The notes beneath the pieces are model-generated. The model was not told the DNA's origin and did no database searches. It was given only the letters and a program-made list of their open reading frames with translations. Shown one piece after another: positions 55,673-64,000 of a stretch of 64,000 bases of DNA. The stretch spans positions 1,024,001 through 1,088,000 of the forward strand of contig CAWFAK010000007.1 in NCBI GenBank assembly GCA_963813715.1. The letters are read 5' to 3'. The number at the start of each line of letters is the position of its first letter. The first letter of the stretch is position 1. The position numbers and the translations under genes are program-made. Source of the DNA: an uncultured Planctomycetaceae bacterium. GTDB lineage: Bacteria > Planctomycetota > Planctomycetia > Planctomycetales > Planctomycetaceae.

Positions 55673-57055
55673 TCATCGGCTTACGGGCGGTTCGTAGCGG
55701 GTTTGCGCGGTCACTCGGAGCGGTCGGCGTTGGACCGGGCACGCATAAGTGGGCGCCGCCGTCCGGAGTCCCGCGATGCCGAGCACCTCGGAAATCCGCA
55801 TCAAGAAGAACAGGGCCATCAGGGCGTAGAACGTCGAAAAGTTGACCGAGCGGCCGCAAGCGAAAATCGTGGCCACGCCGCCGGCATAAACCAGGAAGGC
55901 GGGGAGCGACCTCAAGCCCACCGGCAGCAGGTCGTCCCAGGCGCGAACGACCACGCCGGCCGCAGCCGGCACGAGCAAAAGCCCTAGGAAGCCGAAGTTC
56001 AAGTAGGCCTCGCCTAGGAAGCCGGGCGAGACCGTGAGCGTCGGCTCGCCGAAGCGGTCGAGCGCCTCGTGCGCCCGAGCCAGCACGAGCCCGGCGTCGG
56101 CGACCGGCTTGCCCGGCCAGAGGGCACGCGGAATCGGATTGACCAACTGGGTGAAATAGGTCGACCCGTACTCGGGCGACATCCCGTGTTCCTCGGCTTT
56201 AATGATGAACAACAATTCGCGATACATCTCGACGCCGACAAAATCGACGTTCATCACCACGCTCGCGTCGAACTTGCCTGCGTTGCGGCCGGCCACCACG
56301 GCGGCCGACCAGAAGTATCCGCCGACGAGCCCGCAGGGTATGCCAACCACGATCAGCGCCCGTCGCAATCGCGGCGACGCGTTCCAGAAGATGGCGGCCG
56401 CCAACGGCAAGGCGATCGGCAGCACGATCGACCGCGTTCCGCTGAAGAACGATTTCAAGAACATCCAAAGCACAAACACGGCGCAGAACCAGCGATGCCG
56501 CGTCGGCGCCCGCTTCATGAACGCGAGCGCAATCGCCAGAGGCACAACGGCCGGCAGGAACACCTGCAGCTCGTAAACGATCGTGCTCCACGACCCGTAA
56601 CGCCCGCGACCGAGCGAGCCCGACCAGCGGGGCCGCATCCCGGTGAGCCCCTCGAACAGCTCCGCCACATCGAATTGCGTGTACAACAAGATGCTGCCGA
56701 AGCCGATCGTCGCACCGGAGGCGACCAGCATCCACAACATCCGCGGCTGCTCGAGCATCCGCATTAGTCGTGTGAACGGAGCGAAGAGCGGCACGTGAAT
56801 TCCGTGAAACGCGGCCAGAAAGGTGCACGTCGCCAGGACCACGCAGAACATGCCGAAGTCGTACTCGAGCTGCGTAAAGCTGGCGAGATCCTTGGGCAAC
56901 CGCAACGCTTCGAGCAAGTACCAATAGATCACCGAGATCAGCACCGCGGTCCGCGGCGAAAGCAGCCGATACAGCCCACGGCGCAGATCGAAGACGATGC
57001 ACGCCAGGATGAAGCCGGCAACGAGGACCGCGGTAAATGTCGATTGGGCGTTCAT
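55673..57055 (-). CDS. Wzy-like polymerase / O-antigen-ligase-type polytopic membrane protein
   Basis: ~10 TMs; SGTRS, NPIPRALWPGKP, GEAYLNFGFLG. Confidence 0.8.
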   Translation of the reverse strand: MNAQSTFTAVLVAGFILACIVFDLRRGLYRLLSPRTAVLISVIYWYLLEALRLPKDLASFTQLEYDFGMFCVVLATCTFLAAFHGIHVPLFAPFTRLMRMLEQPRMLWMLVASGATIGFGSILLYTQFDVAELFEGLTGMRPRWSGSLGRGRYGSWSTIVYELQVFLPAVVPLAIALAFMKRAPTRHRWFCAVFVLWMFLKSFFSGTRSIVLPIALPLAAAIFWNASPRLRRALIVVGIPCGLVGGYFWSAAVVAGRNAGKFDASVVMNVDFVGVEMYRELLFIIKAEEHGMSPEYGSTYFTQLVNPIPRALWPGKPVADAGLVLARAHEALDRFGEPTLTVSPGFLGEAYLNFGFLGLLLVPAAAGVVVRAWDDLLPVGLRSLPAFLVYAGGVATIFACGRSVNFSTFYALMALFFLMRISEVLGIAGLRTAAPTYACPVQRRPLRVTAQTRYEPPVSR

Positions 57056-58338
57056 GCTCGGTTGATGAAACCACCGCGGGCAAAGACCGGAGCGGGCTCG
57101 GTTCCGGCCAGCTGCGTGAGAATTTCGCGGACTCGTTCCGCGTGCACGTCCCACGAGAAGGTGCGGGCTTGCTGAGCGGCGGATACGCCCATTTCCGATG
57201 CCCGCTCCCGGTCTGCTCGCAACGCCTCCAGCCGCTGGGCCAGTCCTTCGACGTCGTCGGGCTCGAGCACGAAGCCGTCGCGTCCTTCCCGCATCAGGTC
57301 GGGTCCGGCCGAATGCGTGCTGGCGATCACTGGCATCCCGGTCGCCATCGCTTCGGCAATCACCAGCCCGAAACCCTCAAAGACGGAGGGGAGCACGAGG
57401 ACGTGTGCCGAGTGCATTTCCCGCACGATTTCGGACTGGTCGAGCCGGCCGGTCATGCGGACCGTGTCGCGGTAGGCGTTCAGGGGACGCATGTCGGCGG
57501 GAAGCGGACCGGCGAGCGTGAGCTCCACGCCGGTTCCCCGAATTTTCTCGAACGCTTGCAGGAGGTACTTCACGCCCTTGCGCTGGCCTACGCCGCCCAC
57601 AAACAACACGCGGAACGGACCATCCGTGGGGCGACGGACAAACGCGAACTGCTCGACGTCGGCGCCGAGCGGCAAGAGCAGGATCCGATCGGACGGGATG
57701 CCCACTTGCTCGAGCGAGGTCTTGGTGAACTGGCTAGCCGCGACGCAATAGTCGGCCGCGTGCGGCTCCTCTTCGAGTCGCTCGCGGTACCAGTCCGGGA
57801 AAGCGAAATTCGAGATCGTCGAGGCCCACTCCGGGTGCCGGATCGATTCCTGCGACAGCAACTCGATCGCCCGCGGCACGTGGGCCGTGGCGAACTCAGC
57901 GATCGCGATGATCTCGCGTTTTCTCGCTGCTTTGAGGCTTTCGAGACAGCTGCCCTGAAAGCCCCAATAGCCGTCGCAATCGCGGACCCAGCGTTTGGCC
58001 ACCCAGTGATCGAAGAACGCGTCGCGGTGGAAGACGCAGTTCTCGGCGACTTTTCCCAGTCCGAGCGCACGGCGGGCGATCAGCTCCGGCACCTCGTACC
58101 GCCAGCGACGCACAATCTTTTCGTGCGGCAGGCCGTGCTGCGTCCGTCGACGCAGGGCCCGATCGACACGTCCGATCTTCGACGCCCAGCGATCGGGAAA
58201 CCGATCGGGTTTGTAGTAGCCACTGGTAATGAACAAATCGAGCGCGCGGGCGCGTTCGACCGCAAGCGCGTGCCGATACGCGTGCTGCTTGCCTGAATGC
58301 GCGACCCGAATCCGAATTTGTCTACCCAATTTGATCAT
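57052..58338 (-). CDS. GT4 glycosyltransferase
   Basis: LFVGGVGQRKG, LPSVFEGFGLVIAEAMATG. Confidence 0.93.
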   Translation of the reverse strand: MIKLGRQIRIRVAHSGKQHAYRHALAVERARALDLFITSGYYKPDRFPDRWASKIGRVDRALRRRTQHGLPHEKIVRRWRYEVPELIARRALGLGKVAENCVFHRDAFFDHWVAKRWVRDCDGYWGFQGSCLESLKAARKREIIAIAEFATAHVPRAIELLSQESIRHPEWASTISNFAFPDWYRERLEEEPHAADYCVAASQFTKTSLEQVGIPSDRILLLPLGADVEQFAFVRRPTDGPFRVLFVGGVGQRKGVKYLLQAFEKIRGTGVELTLAGPLPADMRPLNAYRDTVRMTGRLDQSEIVREMHSAHVLVLPSVFEGFGLVIAEAMATGMPVIASTHSAGPDLMREGRDGFVLEPDDVEGLAQRLEALRADRERASEMGVSAAQQARTFSWDVHAERVREILTQLAGTEPAPVFARGGFINRA

Positions 58339-58371
58339 CTGCTGAACAGCGGACTGCCACGAAGCAAGCGG

Positions 58372-59392
58372 TCACCGACTGCCGTTTCCCGTGCTGGCCG
58401 AAATCGCCACCGGCTCCGGCTCGACAGGCCGGCTGGCGCGGAGGGCGTCTTCCCGAAGCACCTCGTGCCACGAAAGTGAGCCCAGGCCCCACGCCTCCGC
58501 GGGATCGACGCATTTGCGGCGATTGAGTCCGACGGCAATTTTTACCGACTCGCGCCTAACCGATTTCCGCTCCCGCACGGCCCGCGGCAAATGCCACAAG
58601 AACTCCCCCCAAACGCGTGGCTCCGTCAGCAGCCACCCGCTGCGCGCGGCGTAACGCGCCTGCCCGGCGAGCTTGCCCAAGAGTGCGGGAACGACCCACG
58701 GTCCCGGATAGCGCATCACGACGCTGATGGCTTCGTTGCGGGCGTGGCGTTGGTGCACGCGCCGCTCGTTGCGGTTGAGCGAAGAAAACTCGTGATAGAC
58801 AATGATTTCGTTCCACTGGACGACGCGGCAGCCCGAGTCCCAGGCACGCAGCGCGAGATCGGGCTCCTCGTAACCGTGGAAATAAATCTCCGGCAGCAGC
58901 CCGGTCTTTTCGAGCATCGAGCGGCGGATTGCCGCGCCGCAGCACGCGAACGAGCTGCAATGCCATTCCCCGGAGACTTGTCCTGCGGGGGCCAGCGTCG
59001 CCGGGTTTTCGGGACCGATCACCTGGAACGAAATGATGCCGATATCCGGCTCGCCGTCCATCCGCGCGACAATCCGCGCAGGCATCGTTTTCGATAAAGC
59101 GGCTGTCGTCGTCGAGGCAGACAATGTAACGGCCCCGCGCCCGCCGCAAAATGTCGTTCCGCGAGGCGATCGACCCCTTGTTCACCGCGTTGCGAACAAT
59201 GGCCACCTCGGGGAATTGTTGGCAAACGACCTCGTAGGTGCCGTCGGTGGAGGTGTCGTCGACAACCAGCACTTCCGTGTCGATTCCCGTCAGCGTCCGG
59301 CAACTCTCGAGCGTCTTGACCAGTTCGCTCACCCGGTTGCGGGTCGTGATCATGATGCTGACATCGAGCGGGCGATCCGGCGTGGTCGTCAT
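58372..59392 (-). CDS. GT2 glycosyltransferase (frameshift ~59085)
   Basis: [34 protein letters not shown]. Confidence 0.88.
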
Positions 59393-59941
59393 TGGCGGTA
59401 CCCCACCACGCGTGCGGGCACGCCCACGACGACCGCCCCCGCGGGTGAATCGGCCGTGACCACGGCGCCCGCGCCGATCACCGCTCCGTCCCCCACCGTC
59501 ACGCCCTTCAGCACGATGGCTCCCGCGCCGATCCACACGTCGTTGCCGATGCGCCGTTTTCGCAGACGTCAATGGTTGCGATCCCACGCTCTGCCCGGCC
59601 TGCGTGCCATGGTCATGGTCGGTGATGTAGCAGGAAGGTCCAATCATGCAGCGCTGGCCCACAACGATCGAGTCCGATGCGTCGAGCATCGTGAAGCGGT
59701 TGATGTATGTGCCCGCGCCGATGCGGATCCGCGGCTCCGCGCGACGCTCACCCGACGTGAGCAGCACAACGTGGTTGTCCAAAGCCGCTTCATCTTCGAG
59801 GACCACGTCCCAGGGGTTGCGGGGGACTTCGATCGCCTGAATCCAACAGCCGCGTCCGACGCGCACTCCGCGAAAGCGAAGCCACTGGCGACGAAGACGA
59901 CGACGAACTCCGCACCATGCCTGATAAAATCGCTCGATCAT
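59389..59941 (-). CDS. Hexapeptide-repeat O-acetyltransferase (frameshift ~59555)
   Basis: [24 protein letters not shown], restored [35 protein letters not shown] overlaps at both ends. Confidence 0.88.
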
Positions 59942-60896
59942 CGCAACCCGGGAGCCGCCACTCGACCGACCGTCTGACGCCAGGCAGCCCACACCGGGAA
60001 GCCCAGCAGAAATTTCCATTTGGCCAGGCGGACGTTCCAGGGGAGCAACGTCCGATAGAGCCGCCACGCGGCGGCGAACTGTCGTTCGCGCAACAGGGTG
60101 AACGCCACGGGTCGCGGCGTGGCGGGAGATAATCCGCCGCCGCTCGACTGCACGCTCGCGCCCTCCGGGGTAGCAATCCCGGCACTCGTTGGCGATCAGT
60201 GCCTGGGCCGCGTGAAAGCCGTACTCCCATTTCCGCGTGACCTGGTCCGCCGCGCCATCGCGGTAGCCGAAGGTCGGAGGGCTAACCACCTGCACGAAGC
60301 CGCGTGCCGTTCCCAGAGCCATGGTAAGGTCCGAGTCCTCGCCTTCTCGCATCGACGATTTGAACCCACCGCACGCTGCTCAGCGCATCGCGGCGGACGA
60401 CGAACGACAACGCGCCGAACCAGCGCCACGCGTCCCCGCTGCTGTAATAGTCGTCGAACGGCAACGTACTGACCGGCCCACGCGAAACCGACTGCAACTC
60501 GCCCGCTGTTCGGAACACCTTGGGCCGTCCGGCAATGAAAGCCGGCCGGCCGTATTGCGCGATGACTTCGCGATAAGCGGTTAATGTCCAGGGAAGCCAA
60601 ACGTCGTCGCTATCGAGAAACGCCACATAGTCGCCCTGCGCGTTGCGGACGCCGTTGTTGCGGGCTTCGGCCGGCCCGGCGTTGGCCTGACGCAGGAAAA
60701 TGAGTCGTCCGGCATATTCGGCCGCGACGCCGGACAAATCCTCTTTGGAGCCGTCGTCCACCACGATGACCTCGAAATCTCGGTCCTCCTGGCGAAAGAC
60801 CGACTCGAGCGTTTCCCGCAACAGGTCGGCGCGGTTGTACGTGGGAATCACGATCGAAAATGAGGGCGGCTGAGACACGATTCGGCGATGTTTCAA
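59938..60896 (-). CDS. GT2 glycosyltransferase (frameshifts ~60350, ~60125)
   Basis: FSIVIPTYNR, VVDDGS, NAGPAEARN, AFLDSDD, EDSDL. Confidence 0.88.
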
Positions 60897-60936
60897 CGTT
60901 GTGTGGGAAGGCGGGGCGCTGGCGGGCAGTGTTCGG

Positions 60937-61818
60937 TTAGTCGAGGGGTACGACAAAATCGTCGAGCGTCAGTTGATCGTGCTCGGCCGGACAAAAGGCC
61001 AGCGGTTTCTTTCCGTAAAAGCAGGCCCAGCGACTGAACGTGCTCGGCACCGCCAGCACCAGGTCGCACTGCGCGAGCAGGTACATGTCCTCGACCAGGT
61101 TGCCGTCGGCGAGCATCCAGTTCAGCCCCTCAAAGTGCCGCGGATCCTGAGGGACGTGCGACGTGATGACAAAACACGGCTGGCGCGGCCGCAGCAGGTC
61201 GACGAGCCGCCGCATGACGGCCGCGTATGTTTCGGTCGGGCGAAAGAACTCTCCGTTCTGATAGGTCGCGTAATCGCCCTGGCGGATGTGAACGCCGACG
61301 ACGCATTCGCCTCGGGCCCGCGCGGCGGCGATTTTCTGCTCGACGTTGGCCTGGATCGATTCGACCGGCCGGAAGTAGTGCCGGATGGCGTCAGCGTGCT
61401 TGTGGAACAACTCGTAGTTGCGAAACTGCCAGCCCAACAGAAAGCAAACGGACGTGTCCTGAATTTTGTCCAAGTGATCGGGCTGGCTGAGATCCAAGTC
61501 CTCGGCCGCATTATACGGCCAACTGACGAAAGTGCGGGTGATGCGGTTGTCGACGTGCAGACGGCGGAGGGCTCGCGCCGTCACGTTGCTGACGCGGAAG
61601 GCGTACTCGCGCACCTGCGGAATCGAAAGCCGTCGTTGCCGCTCGGGAAACGTGCAGCACGCGGACGATACCGTTCCCATGAAGTATTGAGCATAGTCGG
61701 CAAACGCGATGTTCAGCAGCCGAAACCGGTGCTCGGCCGCCAACGCAACCAGGTGACCGCCAAGCACCAGTCGATTGCCGAGTTGTCCGCATTTGCTGGC
61801 GACAATGAGCGTGGTCAT
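60937..61818 (-). CDS. GT11-like (alpha-1,2-fucosyltransferase family) glycosyltransferase
   Basis: GQLGNRL, VGVHIRQGDY, EDMYLLAQCD, STFSRWA. Confidence 0.82.
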   Translation of the reverse strand: MTTLIVASKCGQLGNRLVLGGHLVALAAEHRFRLLNIAFADYAQYFMGTVSSACCTFPERQRRLSIPQVREYAFRVSNVTARALRRLHVDNRITRTFVSWPYNAAEDLDLSQPDHLDKIQDTSVCFLLGWQFRNYELFHKHADAIRHYFRPVESIQANVEQKIAAARARGECVVGVHIRQGDYATYQNGEFFRPTETYAAVMRRLVDLLRPRQPCFVITSHVPQDPRHFEGLNWMLADGNLVEDMYLLAQCDLVLAVPSTFSRWACFYGKKPLAFCPAEHDQLTLDDFVVPLD

Positions 61819-61988
61819 TGAATTCGAGGCAGCGTGACGAACTTAAAAACAAAGACGCGGGCCACAACCTTCGGCAAGGACCTGTTCTTCGAACTTACCA
61901 TCGCAGGAGACGGCCCGTCTGGTCCTTTATGGATTTCGATTCTGCAATCCGTGTGATTGACGACATTGAGACATCGTGCGTCGGCGCG

Positions 61989-63183
61989 TCAGCGACGCGG
62001 AGCATCCCCGCCGATCGAAAGTCCGTTCGGATTGGCCCGGGGCGACTGGGTGGCCCTCGACTCGAGGACGGTCAGCGCCGCCAAGCGGCCGCTAGTCGGC
62101 AATCGATCGGAAAGGAAGCCGCCGCACCACCGTACCCACGTCCGCAACAGATAGACGATGCCCATGAGTCCGCCGATTCCGACAATGATTTCATCAAGCG
62201 AATTCCCGACGAGGCCACTCCCCAGCAGGGTTCCGGTCAGTCCGCACGCGCAGGCCGCGACGAAAGCGGCCAGCGCGCCTTTTCGTGACAGGGGCCGCAC
62301 TCCGAGGGACGCCAGCAAGGGCAAGTCGGTGTAACGCACGAAGGCCCCGTACGCGATGACATTCACGCGAAACGGGATGTCGAAGAGCAGCATCACGCCG
62401 ACGTGAAAAATCGTCACCAACGCCAAGACCAGGCAAAACGAACGACGCCGGAGCGCGGCCGGCAGCACGGCGAGCTCGAGCGCGACCGTCGCCCAATCGG
62501 CCCCCTTCCAGAACCAGGCGGATTGAATCGGGCAGCGCCAGCTTCGCACCCCAGGTTTCACGGCCCGTCACCAGGTAGTTGGTAGCGAGGTGCCCGTAGG
62601 TGCATTTTAAGTCCGGGTTGAGCCAGCCGGTGGTGGCCTTTGCCCAACCGCTGGTGAAGAGGGCAAACCCGACGAGCAGCGCGAAGAGCGCGACGGGCCA
62701 CGCGTCGGCCTCGGTCCCCCTCGCCTCCGATGTGTCCGTGGTCGACCGACGCGTGGCGTCGACCGACAGTGCTCGTCCCCAACCGGCAAAGCCCAACACC
62801 AACGGAGCCACGACCAGCAGAATGTCGTGGTCGATCTTGCCGAGCGAATACCGCCAAGAGTCGAGAGCCAACAGCGTTAGCCCCGTTCCGACCGATGCCA
62901 GAGTCGTGCGCCACCCCACGAAGAGCAGCGCAGCAAACAGCGTGAGCAGCAGATTGATCCCCAGGATCACTCCGCTCGGCGGCACGTTTGTGAACAGGGC
63001 TGCCGGTCCGATCGGCGGATTGAAAAAGGCCCGTGGCGCAGAGGGGATCCACACCGCGACCGGAACCACGGCAACGAGGACGAAGGCCGCGTACAACATG
63101 CGATAAATGGCCAGGTCGCGTGCGGAGAGCGCATAGCTTTCGATCAGGCGCCGTTCGGACCTCCGCAGGAAGTTGCCGATCAC
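61989..63183 (-). CDS. HTTM/SdpB-like polytopic membrane protein (frameshifts ~62520-62560)
   Basis: LAIYRMLYA, YSLGKIDHD, FTSGWAK..GW, ALELA, IFHVGVMLLFDIPF. Confidence 0.65.
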
Positions 63184-63763
63184 CGCGGCCCTCCCGCCAG
63201 CGGAACGATTAAAGTGCCGCCTGGAGTCCGACGGGATTCGACTCGCGTTCCGTCCGCGCCGAACGTTTCTGCCACTCGATACCAGCGGATCTCGGCACGC
63301 GAGACGGGCCGCCCCGGAACGAGACTCTCCGCCCGCCCGCGCAACCAGGCCCGTAGCGACGCTTTGTTTTCCGCAGAATTGCGCGACAGGTTTCCAGCCG
63401 CAAACCCGGGAAAAATCGTCTCTTGAATGCGGCGAATTCGTGAAGCCTTGGTGGGAGTGGGGGCTGTGTCGCTTGTCGGCCGCAGCGCGTTTGCGGCGAT
63501 GGCCGCGCGGTGACCGTCGGGAAACTCGGCGAGCAGCTCGTTCGGAGTAAACGAGAACTCCTGTCCTGCGGAAATGAACACCGCGTCGTACTGCGTCATC
63601 TCCACGGCGCCGTCGCGATAGCCGCTGCTGCCGGAAAACGTCGGCATCGTGAGGGCCGGATACGGTTCGCCAAAAAAGTGAATGAACGCGCACTGGACGG
63701 CGAGCAAACCGCCGACGACGGCAAACACGGCGCCACGCGGGGCGTGAGGCAGGGTTCCGCCAT
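63180..63763 (-). CDS. Single-TM hypothetical protein coupled to the HTTM-like gene (frameshift ~63730)
   Basis: TM followed by EPYPALTMPTF; GTGA overlap with the downstream gene. Confidence 0.65.
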
Positions 63764-64000
63764 CAGATCGCCGCGTTGTTCCCGATCACTCATCGCAGTC
63801 AGATTCATTCGCCGAAAGACGGATATGGTCCGCCCCGCGTCCGCAGGCGACGTGTAACTTGGGCGATCGATTCGGCGGCCCGAAACCCGAGCGAGTGATA
63901 AACCAGGCGATAGGCCCGCGGGAAACAACCCGAGGCGTCGAGCCGGTACTTCGGGTGCTTGCTACGGGCCAGCTCGGCCACTCGTCGTGAGGCCTGCCGG

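Noticed and set aside
58556..60352. 598-aa ORF mixing GT2, acetyltransferase and GT2 parts
   Set aside because: Chimera of three frameshifted genes with ATGA overlaps at 59938-59941 and 59389-59392

Overview
GC-rich bacterial DNA, very likely from a planctomycete (LEGLESRLLLS leader motif on a giant secreted protein, planctomycete-type Wza, TPR and small secreted proteins). About 25 genes are broken by single-base frameshifts that restore intact conserved proteins when corrected, so these look like long-read sequencing errors. 1-12.5 kb holds a Tat-type amidase, an ABC system, a CMD/AhpD protein, an SPFH protein and two secreted hypotheticals. 12.5-64 kb is a cell-surface and exopolysaccharide region: wza and a NusG-paralogue antiterminator transcribed divergently; a ~2,990-aa protein with a beta-helix head and 23 Ig-like repeats; a thioester-domain-like protein with a PEP-CTERM-like tail; and a >=37-kb minus-strand glycan gene run (TPR, VanZ, sugar-tailoring enzymes, Wzm/Wzt, Wzy-like, ~10 glycosyltransferases, acetyltransferases, LtaS-like, HTTM pair). 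The strongest unannotated signals are (1) a GGA-hairpin array between wza and the NusG paralogue that resembles a CsrB/RsmZ-type protein-sponging sRNA, (2) all three Cys-Gln thioester-domain motifs in a diderm PEP-CTERM-like protein, and (3) an interleaved inverted-repeat RNA switch at 11147-11215. No rRNA, tRNA, CRISPR or transposase was recognised. All family calls come from motifs read by eye, not from database searches.
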